Below are positions 53,201 to 64,000 of a stretch of 64,000 nucleotides of DNA, one piece after another; within the stretch, counting starts at the first letter, position 1, and each line of letters opens with the position of its first letter. The notes beneath the pieces are model-generated. The model had not been told where the DNA came from. It did no database searches and saw nothing but the letters and a program-made list of their open reading frames with translations. Source of the stretch: Felis catus (Eukaryota). Location of the stretch: contig NC_058368.1 in assembly GCF_018350175.1 (NCBI RefSeq), positions 12,586,001 through 12,650,000 on the forward strand, in the 5' to 3' direction. Position numbers and translations under genes: made by a program.

Positions 53201-53980
53201 CTGGGGAGCATATATTTCTTTATTGCTATCTATAAAAATAAAGGCATGTATTTCTTCTTGCCTGACTGCAATATATGCTTGTATTCCAAGAATACCGAAA
53301 GCAACAGAGTGAATTTACAGCTACAGCACAGTAGTGTTTGGTTTGTGTGAAAACAGAATGACCTGGGCCCCCCGCAGGAGGAGCAAAGGACAGAAGACAT
53401 AGGTAGGCAAACTCTAAAGAATAGGGTAGTTTCCAGGAACCCATCTGTGGCAAGGGGGTATCACTTCCAGGAGGCCCTAGAGACCCATCCAGAAGCAAGA
53501 CAGAAAGCCACTGGTGTGTCTCCTGGATTGTTTCTGGTATTTGGGGACAAGAAACAGTGACTGATAAAGAACAAGAATACTCTTTATTAGCATCACTGAG
53601 ACTCTCAAATTAAAAGGGACTTCCACTTCTGCCAATGATGGACTTCTTTTCTTCACTTTTCTTCTCCTTCTTTTTAATCAGACCTATCCTCTCAACTGTG
53701 AATAACTCGAAAAGCTGTGTAAAAATACAAAATGGATCTTTCTGATGGTTTCTTAAAGAGGACAGGAGAAGGTGCGGAGAAGTCTGTCCATATTCAACTG
53801 TTCTTCCCTTTTACCTATTTGCCAATTTAGAAGCTGTTCCTGAAGCTGGGAAGTCACTTAGAAAGTGGTAGTTAAGAAATAGAGAAGCCAAGACTAGCTT
53901 TCAGGAATCCCATGCTTCTGAGAAAATAAAAATTGGAGTTCAAGGACAACCAATGAGGAACGGCCTTTACAAATACCTCA

Positions 53981-54188
53981 GGCTTGGGGTTCCAGTCAGT
54001 TAAGTCTCCAACTTCGGCTCAGGTCATGATCTCACAGTTCCTAATTTGAGCCCCACCTAGGGCTCTGTGCTGACAGCTCAGAGCCTGGAGCCTGCCTCGG
54101 ATTCTGTGTCTTCCTCTCTCTCTCTTTTCCTCCCCCACTCTCGCTCTGTCCCTCTCTCTCAAAAATAAAAACTTAAAAAAAAAAAAAA
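53981..54188 (+). mobile_element. CanSINE (degenerate head)
   Basis: cagtcagttaagtctccaacttcggctcaggtcatgatctcacag, CT tract, poly(A). Confidence 0.9.
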
Positions 54189-54547
54189 CCTTTGGATTTT
54201 GGTTGGGACACAGAAAAGGGCCATCCTAGGAGTAAGAAGGGACCTGAAATAGACCAGAACTAACAGACTGAAAACCATACAGATTAAGGTACTCTACCCT
54301 TGGCCTACCTTTTTAACAGAAACAAAAGTAAAATCCCTTATGGAAGTAAAACCATTGTTTGGAGTCTAATTTTTTCATAAACAAAGACAGCATTCCATTA
54401 AGAATTTCTGGACATATGAAGAAACAGGAATAAGAAAAAGTCACTAGAAACAATATCCACAGATGATTTAAATATTGGAGTTATGAGGCACAGACTTCAA
54501 GATTTCACCTAAAAAGTAGAATCTTTAAGAATCAAGTAAAAATTCTA

Positions 54548-54730
54548 GGGGCTTCTGGGTGGCTCAGTTGGTTAAGCATCTGACTCTTAATTTCAGCTCA
54601 GGTCATGATCTCACAGTTCCTGGATTCAAGAGGAGATAATTCCAAAATAACAATAAAAAGCAGGCTTGGAATTCTCTCCTCTCTCTCTCTCATGCTCAAA
54701 AGAAATAAATAAACACAAAAAATAGAAAAT
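54548..54730 (+). mobile_element. CanSINE with an altered middle segment
   Basis: Head ggggcttctgggtggctcagttggttaagc; flanking repeat aaaattctag. Confidence 0.88.
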
Positions 54731-57700
54731 CAAACGAAAATTCTAGAACTAAAAAGTATAATGACTTAAAACTGAAAATCTAAATTCAAACAATACATTT
54801 ATAATAAATACAAAACAAGAAATGGGAGAAAATTTAACAATATATGTGCAAGACTTGTATGCTGAAAATTACATAGAGAAATTAAAGACCAAGATAAATA
54901 GAAAGATATGCCATGATTGTAGATTGGTAAACTGAATATTGTTAAGATGTCAATTCTCCCCAAGCTGATCAACAGATTCAACAGAATCCCAATCAAAATC
55001 CCACCAGGTTTTTTTAGAAACAGAAACACCAATTCTAAAATTTATGTTAAAATGCAAAGGACTCAGAATGATCAAAACAATTTTGAGAAAAAAGGATGTT
55101 GAATAAGTTGGCATAAGGACAAATACTTTTCAATGGAACTAAGTAGATATTCAGAAAATCAGACAAAGATGCCAAAGTAATTCAATGGGGGAAAGGATAA
55201 TCCTTTCAACGAATGCTGCTGGAATAACTGGATTTTCATTTTGAAAAATATAAACATCAACTCCTACTGTTATGCCATACAGACGAATTAACCTTCGACA
55301 GGTAATAGGCTTAAATGTATTAATTGTGAATATTAAAAATATAATAGGATTTTATTTACAACTTTATGCTAATGAACTTTAATATTTGGATAATATCTAC
55401 AAATTCTTAGAAAAATACAACTCACAAACACTGCTCTTCAAAATACATTATTAAGAAAATGAGAAGATAGGCCACAAACTGGTAGAAAAATATTCACGAC
55501 ACACACTTTGGCAACAAATGTGTATAAGCAGAAGGGGAAATGGAGAAGTATTAGAGGCTACAATGTTGGTTATACAAGATGAGTAAATTCTAGAGATTTA
55601 CTGTACAGCACAGAGCTAATAGTTAACAATAATGTATAATATACATAAAGATTTGCTAAGAGGGTAGATCTTAGGTGAAGTGATTTTATCACAAAATAAT
55701 AATAAATAAAATGCGTGGGAGGAAACTTTGGCAGGTGATCAATGTATTTACAATAGACACTGTGGTGATAGTTTTGTGGATGTATGCTTCTCTCCAAACT
55801 GATCAAATTGTACACATTGAATACGTACAGCTTTTTGTATGTCGTTCATAATTCAATAAAGAAAACAGCAAACATAATATATAAACAACTCTTACAACTC
55901 AATTATAATACTCCATTTTAAAAATGGGCAAAAGTTTTAAACACACTTCACAAAAAGTAACACCTATACCCACTCAAATGGCTAAAACAAAAGGTTAACA
56001 GCATCAGGTGTTGGCATTTGAGGGAGACCTTTTAAATGAGATTAAATGACATTAATTGAGATTAAATGAGATTAAATCCTTTTAAAGGAGACGGAAGATG
56101 TTTAAAGAGTACACGTGCAGGTAGAGTAGATGCTAGGAGGCCAGAATTCTTATCTTAGACTCACAATTTTAGTTTTTAATCAAGTATGAGTCAAAGCCAT
56201 TGGTTGAGGAGGCAGATGGTAACTCGAGAAAGGAGGAGGAAGAATGGAGTATCTGGTTTCCAGAAGAAAGCAAGGTAACGAGAGAAAAGGAGCTGGAGGA
56301 CTAGACACAGTGGAGAGCCCATTTAGGTGTGAGATCACTGTTAGTCCATCCGATTGTTATGCCGTTGAGTGTAAGCACATAAAACATAAATGCATGAGTT
56401 CCTACATGAGCAGGGTTTTGCAGGCAAGTAGTAGTGAGGGACAAGAGCTGAGTGAGGTATTTGCAGACAAGTGATGTAAATGTCACTATTTGTGACTATA
56501 AATAAATTAAATAAATTGATTTTTTTTTTTAACTACGAAGAACTGGGTTAGTGTAAATTACTAATGGCGGCAAAATGAAGCACTCTTGCAACTACATGTT
56601 TCAACTACCCAAAGCTGAAACATCTAACAATAAGAATTTATTCCTTACTCTACACATTCAGGTTGAGGTCTAAAAATGATTTTCCCTCACTGTCTAAATC
56701 AGTCTCTTTCCACATCCATCACATCTTTGCTCTTTCCCCTTCAATGTTTTCTAATATCTTCCACTATGTTTGTTTTTAATTTTCCTGGACGTCTTGGTTC
56801 CTGCTTGTCCTATTTCTGGTCCTTCTGGTGCTACTGCAATATTGCCCACATTTTTTTTCTTGGTTTTTCATAAAAACATGTCATGGGTCTCCTCAACCCT
56901 CAGCTTTCTTTACACCTACTACCAAGACCCCCCAAGAGGGTTTATCGAAAAACAGTAGAGTGTCCTCATATGGCTACTAGAGACAATCTAACTTTCTAGT
57001 ATTCCTCGGTCCACCTGTTTCTCCCCGTATATCCACTTAAAGTCTCTATTCCTTTTGCTCTGGCTTTCACAAGTACTCCGTCTTATGTAGGCCACAAAAA
57101 GAGCTCTGAAAAACGTAGATAAAAGTTTACTAAAACTGAATGTCACTTTGCAGCTGACACTTCTCCAATCTAAAATTAAAACAGGATGGACACATTTATT
57201 TTTGCAACGTACTTAGTTGTTTCCATGCTGCATCTAAAAACAAAATGAAACTAGTACACTCTTCACTAGGTACTATGGTTCATCCGTAAGAGTGGTTTAC
57301 CTCTACTTTGCAAAAATGAAAAAAGGGCAGAATTTTCCTTTGTAACGATTTGTACAAGCAGCCTTACTTTAGTTAACGAAGTGTGATAAACACTAAGACT
57401 ACACCACCAGATGCACAATAATTAAATTGTTTACACTAACAAAAACAGAAAAATAAAGCCGAATGAACTTCAATTCTGCGAAATACTGTTAAAAAGCAAA
57501 AGCACGCTTCCTTAAGTAACTGTTTTGGGTTCCGCAGGAATAGTCTATTTGCCTGCGTTCCTTTCCTTGGGACCGCCTCATGATTGATGCTTAAAGAAAC
57601 AGTGGATGGATCACGCCGGATCAGACATTTAGAGGAAAAGTCTGATTTAGAGGGAAAAGCTGGGTCTATACCAGCACTGGGACCGCGCCCAGCAAACATC

Positions 57701-57793
57701 TAGCTCACTTTAGAGTCCAGAGGAAAATACAGCTCGAGTTTTTACCTCATACACCATTAACTTTCCACAGAGAGTTCCAGAAACCTGACTCAC

Positions 57794-57832
57794 AGCTAGA
57801 AACCCAAACCCTGTAGGCGGGAGGGGAAGAGG

Positions 57833-57863
<31 letters not shown>

Positions 57864-57885
57864 CTACTACGTCACCACTTCCGCC
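57794..57885 (-). ncRNA. Candidate non-coding first exon (or 17-nt microexon 57794-57810) of a leftward transcript
   Basis: Minus-strand donor tagct|GTGAGT at 57793-57788 just outside the promoter; no ATG in the segment; TSS position is a guess. Confidence 0.45.
57833..57861. repeat. Poly(dA:dT) tract, 29 bp
   Basis: Uninterrupted A-run at the edge of the CpG island with no retroposon body attached. Confidence 0.95.
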
Positions 57886-58460
57886 TCTCGCCGGGCCGCA
57901 AACGTGCTAAGATAGAGAAAGACGTTCACGCCAGTGACGACTACGTCCCCAAAGTGCGCATGCACACGGCGAGACCCCGCCCCTCCGCGCTCTCCGCCTC
58001 GCGCACCCGCCTAGAGAGGCGCGCGCACCACAAGGCCGCCCCCGCTGGCACCGCCCCGGGCTTCCGCCCCGCGGCCCGACGGTCGCCGTTCGGTTCCGGT
58101 TCTAGCCCCGCCCTCACGCGGGAACTCTCCAGAAGTCTTAATATCCGGGACCAGAAGCTGGCGCCAGCGCGCATTTCCGGCGACAGACACGAAGAAAAGG
58201 ATCCGGTGACGCGTCTTCCCGTCCCCCTAGCCACCCCGACTCCGGCTCTCGGTGCGGCAGCGCCATCTGGTGCCGTGTCTCCCACCGCCTGCGGAGGGGG
58301 AGCGCGCACCTTTCTCTCCGAACCTTCCAGAGAAATCGCGACCCCAGCGTTTCTCTCTCCCGTCCCCCGGAAGGGAGGGGCCCGAGTCTCCGCCCTGCGG
58401 AGTTCCCGCGCAGGAGGGACTTCGCAGGACTTTGAAGCGGCTGCCGCTCGTAGGAGTGTC
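57862..58460. promoter_or_regulatory. CpG-island promoter, probably bidirectional (gene not recognised)
   Basis: Only strongly GC/CpG-rich non-repeat segment in the window. CRE-like tacgtca 57868-57874; ETS cacttccg 57876-57883; ZNF143-like actacgtccccaaagtgcgc 57940-57959; NRF1-like tgcgcatgcaca 57955-57966; several GC boxes (ccgccc); further ttccgg ETS cores. Confidence 0.92.
58258..58274 (-). promoter_or_regulatory. CTCF motif
   Basis: cagcgccatctggtgcc; reverse complement ggcaccagatggcgctg fits the CCACCAG(A/G)(G/T)GGCGC core. Confidence 0.75.
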
Positions 58461-58780
58461 TGTGTATTTACAAGATGGAGAGCCAACAGATTTCTTTCTC
58501 TAGTTTTAAGCCCAGAAAAAGCGTTTTTCTTTTTACGCTTCCACATGCCTTGTTTCTGAGCAGCGTGAATTTCTTAGTGTATCGGGAATGGGGTCCTCCA
58601 TTTCACACTTGGTGGGAAGATGGCTCAGGCTTTGTGGCTTCCGTTGGCCTCTGATGTAAAAGCTTTTGTTTCCTTTCACGTATTAAGGCAGTGTTGTAAA
58701 AGCGTGGAGTGTGTCTGCTTGGAGCCCGTCCAGAAGTGTGGAAGTTAGTGGGTAATTTTTATTAAAAATAGGCTAGATTC

Positions 58781-59000
58781 GGGGCGCCTGGGTGGCTCAG
58801 TCGGTTGAGCGTCCGACTTCAGCTCAGGTCACGATCTCACGGTTGGTGAGTTCGAGGCCCGCGTCAGGCTCTGGGCTGATGGCTCCGAGCCTGGAGCCTG
58901 CTTCTGATTCTGTGTCTCCCTCTCTCTCTGCCCCTCCCCCATTCATGCTCTGTCTCTCTCTGTCTCAAAAATAAATAAACATTAAAAAAAAATAAAAAAT
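58781..59000 (+). mobile_element. CanSINE, CpG-rich
   Basis: TSD taggctagattc at 58769-58780 and 59003-59014. Confidence 0.97.
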
Positions 59001-59436
59001 ACTAGGCTAGATTCACCCACTTCTCCTGAAACTAATATTACACTATATGTAAACTAACTAGAATTTAAAACTTTAAAAACAAAACAGGATAAGGAAATTT
59101 TGGGAACTTAGTTTCAGAAACACTCAGGCTACGTGTAGATTTGTTTGCATGGCGTACTACTTTTTGATAACCAGAGAGGAAAAATAATTTCCCTAAAGTC
59201 AGCAAAATGGTGGTAAAGTCGTCCCTGATAATGAATTCTTACTTGAAAACCTAGATTTCCCTGGAAGCGTGTAGGCCTGGCGATATTAGGTAGCTAGCAT
59301 GAGATTGTTTTCAGTGTTTTACTGGAATGGTGTTTTAACTGAGTATCAAACTATATAATGAAAGTGAAGTAAGTTTCCTTTAGAATTCGTATATTAGCAC
59401 CTGCTAACTTGGCTGCTCCTCTGTTTCCGTCTATAG

Positions 59437-59616
59437 CCGTGGTTCTTAAACTTGGGCATGCATCAGAAGTCCCTGGAAGGCTTATTAAAACATTGGTTGT
59501 AACTTCTGAGTTTCTAACTGGGAACAGCTAGGGCCAGAGCTGGATTATCAGAGGCTTGATAAATTCTCCAGTGAGATTTAAGCTGTTGGTACAAGGACCA
59601 CATCTGGAATAATTTG
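59437..59616. mobile_element. MER5A-like hAT-Charlie MITE
   Basis: ccgtggttcttaaacttgggcatgcatcagaagtccctggaaggcttattaaaaca..gctgttggtacaaggaccacatctgga. Confidence 0.75.
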
Positions 59617-60680
59617 GAGTTCAGGACTGCTTTGTCATTAATGCTCTTTGCTATTGCAGGAGAGATAAGAGATGATGATGATATTAGAACTGGAGAGATG
59701 TGTAGGCCTTTGACCCCTTTGCTGGAAAGTAATAAATTAAGCCTTAGAACCGGGAAAGTTAGATGTAAATGAATATTCCATTAAAGCGACTAATACATAT
59801 ATATGTTCAGTATATGATCATGTGATAGAGGGTGCTCTAGCACCAGGTATACTAAATGTTTCAGTTATTTTGCAGTAATTTCTGTCCTTCACATTAGCTG
59901 TTAAAAGTCAGAAATTACTAAAATTAAGGACAAAATTGTTCCAACAACCATTCTAATTGTACCCATTGGAAGATGCCAGGGTCTTCCAGCGGCCTTTTGA
60001 ATCTCTCCAAGTTCCCTTATTTCTCCTAATCCTTTACCAACCCTTCACTTCACCCACACCGTGCCACTTACAAACGGACACAATGCTTTCATTTGTAAAA
60101 ATGGCCCTCTCATTAGTAAAAATGGCTTTATCTCCTCTTCTCTGCAGGCCTTTTCCTCTTAATTCTGTCACATCCCAACTCTGCCATTGTGTTTATTGAC
60201 CCTCACACAGGATAGTACACGACACACTTTTGTTCTTGCTCCTAAGTGAAATAAAAATCGTTAGGCTTGTTACGGTCATAGCTGAAATTATTCCTAAAAT
60301 CAGTAAAAAGTTTGGAATACTGTAGTGTGACTGCCTTTACTATAGAAATTACTGATATAACCTTGATTTGTAAATTAGTATATCTAAAGATGAACAAAGA
60401 TAATTCAAATGTTGCTTTTGCAATAATGTAGTAAGGTTTTTATGAATCAAAAACAATAACATCGCTGAAGTGATTAAAGGAATGAATTTATTGTAAACTC
60501 AGGAATCCATACTGTCTAAAATATAAGTAAATTATCACAAAATTAGATCAGTGAGGTTGGTCTTTATGTGTTTTTATAAAATCAGATATTAATCACACGT
60601 TTTCTTTGTGTGTATTTTAGGTCCAGATTGTTTATTTTGAAGTCTGTGTCAGACATTGGGTTCCTTAAATCAGTTTTGTC

Positions 60681-60891
60681 TTTGTTTTTTTATGTTTTTA
60701 ACATTTATTTTTGACAAACCAAGCACAAGTGGGGGAGGGGGAGAGAGAGAGGGAGACACAGAATCTGAAGCAGGCTCCAGACTCTGAGCTGTCAGCACAG
60801 AGCCGGACATGAGGCTCGAACCCACAAACTCTGAGATCGTGACCTAAGCCGAAGTCGGAAGCTTAACTGACTGAGTCACCCAGGCGCCCCC
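60681..60891 (-). mobile_element. CanSINE
   Basis: Flanking repeat aaatcagt(t/c)ttg. Confidence 0.95.
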
Positions 60892-61999
60892 AAATCAGTC
60901 TTGCTCTAAAGCAAATTCATGGGCTTTGAGAGCCCTCCACATGGAAAAATGTAAGGCTCATTTTTGATACTTACATATGAATGAGCCAATTTCATACATT
61001 CATCTTTACTGACAACTAAGTGCTTCTTAGTTGTAACCTGCTGAATGAGTTATTAAGGCTTACCAAATTTGGTATTCATAGACTAAGATTATTGCATTAC
61101 CACAAATAACTGAGGATTCTAATTCAGTACTCCACTCAGTTGTGTGGTGCAACCAACTCCTGGCAACTTTACAGACTCTTACTTTATATGCACACATGCA
61201 GGCAGTTGGAATTTCCATAATGTTCAAGAAGGTTGCTTTCCTGCCAGGGCATCATCAGTGCTATATTGAGATGTGTTAACTGTTCTTAATTATTGCTATT
61301 ATCCCACTAACTACCTTTTTAGAATTACGTGAGGTTTTATATTTGTGAGTTGTTCCTGTACTTTTGTAATTGCCAGGTGCGTTCATTTGGCTATTGTCTA
61401 CCCCTCAATTTTTAAAAATCATTATCATTTTGTTCACTGGACTCCAGTCCTTTTCTTTCCCCTTTTAGCCTCCACCAGAAAAAGGAAGAAAGAAAAAAAA
61501 AAAAAAAAGGTTGAGAAAACCTGTCCTAAAACAATGGTATTGCCCTAACAGTCCTAGTACTTTTGTATCTGAGTCATTATTGATTAACCATTTAAACCAG
61601 GAAAGGAAAGGCACATGATCTGTGACTCATTTTAAATGAAGCTTGTTATGAATTCACTCATGATAAAGAGAGGTGTGATGTAAACCCCAACTATTCATTA
61701 GAAATGCTACCTGTTGTATTTGGGGAGCATTATTAACAACGCTACTTTGTTGGCTAAATGTAATTAGTAATTTGTGACATTTATTTATTATGGCTATTAA
61801 CATCACCATTTATCTTGGCTAATTTTGTCATTAAGCATCATGTGAGATGATGTCGTTTACTTTTAATCAAGGACTGGTGGAGTTTGACATAGTAATTAAG
61901 ACTCCAGTGCCAGATTCGCTTTCAAAAATATTTTCTATTAATTACTTTCCGGTTCCATTTTCTGTTTTTTTATCTTTCCTCCTACTTCCTAAAAACATA

Positions 62000-62210
62000 G
62001 GGCCACCTGGGTGCTTCAGTAGGTTAATTGTCCCACTCTTGATTTCGGCTCTGGTCATGATCTCATGGTTCCTGAGGTTGAGCCCTGCACGCCTGGCTCT
62101 GCGCTATCAGCTTGGGATTCTCTTTCTCCCTCTCTGCCCCTCCCCAACCCTCCTCATGCTCTCTCTCTCTCAAAATAAATAAATAAAATTTTTAAAATTT
62201 CTTTAAAAAA
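62000..62210 (+). mobile_element. CanSINE (older, diverged)
   Basis: gggccacctgggtgcttcagtaggttaa..actcttgatttcggctctggtcatgatctc..A-rich tail. Confidence 0.88.
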
Positions 62211-63390
62211 CACTATAATACATAAATGGATGTATAATGAACATCTGTGGAAAGAAGCATTTCTCCAAGGAGAAATTTTGAAATAAGTTGATTCAACTCT
62301 TCCAGTGTCTTAACTATTTTAGATATCCTTTTATCAATATTTTTGCTACAATCATTAGCCTTGTTAATACTTTGGATTTTAGCCTAATGGTACTGATATT
62401 CACATTTTTACTTCATACTGAAACCTGTTTTTAGTTCTTTGTACACTGTAAATATATAATACTTTTGTCAGTCACTAGTAGTTGAATCTGGGAAGCCTTA
62501 TTACTGCCTTTTCATGGTATTTGAGTTGCAGTTTTTAGGCTTTCTAATCTTTTGGCTTGTTGTATTTTAAATCTCACTCAAACTGTCTATCATTTCTGTT
62601 AAGTTATTCTTTGGAAATAAATTTGAATTAATTGTTCTGCTGTATTCATTTTAATGGCTGTCCTCCCTGATGGTGAGCTACATTTGTTATTGCATTGTTA
62701 AAATAATAAAATTTTTGGTTTTCAATAAACTTAAATAGAAGCCTCATATACTGGACATGTTTTGATGATAATTGATATAATTTGATATAAGGATAAAATA
62801 TTCCTTTAAAGTCGTGAGTACTGATGCAAATCATACATTTATTATAATAGCACATTTAAAGCCCTTGACATTTGATATGGATAAAATATTTTAATATCTA
62901 AGTTTACTATACTAATTTGAGCAATGCCAATTATTATAATACTTTGGAAAAAGCAAAAATATAAAGGTATTTTTATATGGCTTTTAAATACTACCACAAC
63001 AGCCATTTTCCAGTAGATCTTTTTCAACTGCTATGGTAAACTTTTATTATTAATATTTCAGCCATGTATTGATTAGAATTAGTCATTTACACTACTGAAT
63101 TAACTGTATGTAGCTCTTCCTCAGTAGCTTTGGTGCTTTAGTTATATATAGTCATTGTATCAACTCTACTATCTTAAATGTGTTTCTATACCAGATGAAA
63201 TGCAGTCCCATTAGGCAAATTTCTTGTTACTAAACACTTTGTATTGACTATAATAATCTCTCCCCAACAATAATTCCTGTTGTACAAATACCTACAGATT
63301 TGGATTTGCATATGTGTACTTTTTCCATTAATGTGAGAATTTGGGATACTATATTTGCAAACAGTAATTTTTCTTGAGGATAATCTTTTT

Positions 63391-63655
63391 AAGGCACATA
63401 TATATAATGTATATATATATTATATATATATGTATATATATATATAATGTTTATTTATTTTGAGAGAGAGCAAGAGCATGAGCAGGGGAGAAGCAGACAG
63501 AGAGGGAGAGAGAGAATCACAAGCAGGCTCCACCACCAGCATGGAGCCTGATGCTGGGCTTAATCTCAAACTGTGAGATCTCACAAACCGTGAGATCATG
63601 ACCTAAGCCAAAATCAAGAGTCCAAAGCTTAACCAGTTGAGCTACCCAGGCACCC
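63391..63655 (-). mobile_element. CanSINE with a (TA)n expansion in the tail and a short internal duplication
   Basis: (TA)n at about 63398-63446; duplicated ctca(c)aaac(t/c)gtgagatc; flanking repeat ggataat. Confidence 0.92.
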
Positions 63656-63786
63656 AGGGGATAATTTTTTTTTAATTACAATAAAAGCATGGGATATTGG
63701 GAAGAGAAAAAGGATATAAAATAAATAGAAAAGCAAGTGTATGTAGATATCTTTGTAATGTAACCTTGGGAGAAATATAGGGAACT

Positions 63787-63832
63787 GAGGCAAAGTAAAC
63801 TAAAGGAAAGAGGCAAAGTAAACTAAAGGAAA
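63787..63832. repeat. Perfect 23-bp tandem duplication
   Basis: gaggcaaagtaaactaaaggaaa x2. Confidence 0.95.
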
Positions 63833-64000
63833 GGAATTGAAACATGTCAAAGCTTTAGAGATAGAGCAATGTTCTGCCATGGTCATTTCTGCACCAGTAT
63901 TAAATTATCTTAAACATAAAACAATGCATTAGAAAAGATTTGAAGAATGTCTTCTAGTATACTGGCATTTTCTTCCAATGTCCTAACTAAATACAGTAAT

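Larger units (their letters stand above)
53618..56015 (+). mobile_element. Fragmented old L1M (5'-like region and ORF2 pieces) with an L1MA-type 3' end at about 55525-55865
   Basis: ORF2-like aatattgttaagatgtcaattctccccaagctgatcaacagattcaacagaatcccaatcaaaatccca; 3'-end-like taaattctagagatttactgtacagca..tttgctaagagggtagatcttag..caaattgtacacattgaatacgtacagc..caataaa. Confidence 0.7.

Noticed and set aside
56031..56078. Short repeats ttaaatgaga x4-5 (also 14368-14402, about 53099-53135 and 63787-63832) as a CRISPR-like array
   Set aside because: Simple tandem duplications without unique spacers, in a mammalian genome.
57794..58460. Assigning a gene symbol to the promoter
   Set aside because: I considered several known head-to-head gene pairs, but none of their coding exons could be found in the window, so no name is given.
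57941..58559. Two overlapping 201-aa ORFs on opposite strands
   Set aside because: Both span the CpG island, are Ala/Arg/Pro/Gly-rich with no recognisable domain, and are expected from stop-codon scarcity in GC-rich DNA.
372..62182. Recurrent ORFs such as MAQLVK..SAQVMIS.. and ..RERGRHRIGNRLQALS..
   Set aside because: They are translations of CanSINE copies, not a gene family.
359..63655. tRNA-like A/B boxes (gtggctcagtcggtt, gttcgagccc)
   Set aside because: These are SINE heads derived from tRNA; no standalone tRNA gene was seen.

Overview
Mammalian, AT-rich, repeat-dense genomic DNA from a cat-family (Felidae) genome, judged from 27 CanSINE/SINEC_Fc-type tRNA-derived SINEs. It also contains a carnivore-type L1 ORF2 fragment, older L1M/L2/MIR pieces, hAT-Charlie DNA transposons (one apparently full-length Charlie1a) and MaLR LTR elements. 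I cannot support any intact protein-coding exon: the ORF track is L1 debris, SINE or LTR read-throughs, chance ORFs and two GC-rich shadow ORFs. The clearest functional element is a CpG-island promoter at about 57.86-58.46 kb with ETS, CRE, ZNF143-like, NRF1, GC-box and CTCF motifs; it is probably bidirectional and I do not recognise the gene. The most interesting observations are (1) a TSD-flanked, polyadenylated retrocopy carrying a DNA-transposon fragment at 13.2-13.6 kb, (2) a chain of exon-like segments on the minus strand downstream of the promoter that may be a spliced lncRNA or a decayed (unitary) gene, (3) an L1 fragment truncated at both ends with no tail, and (4) a tailless SINE with an intact TSD. 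No prokaryotic systems, CRISPR arrays, rRNA or tRNA genes were seen. Repeat subfamily names come from recalled consensus sequences and need RepeatMasker/Dfam confirmation; boundaries of old repeats are approximate.
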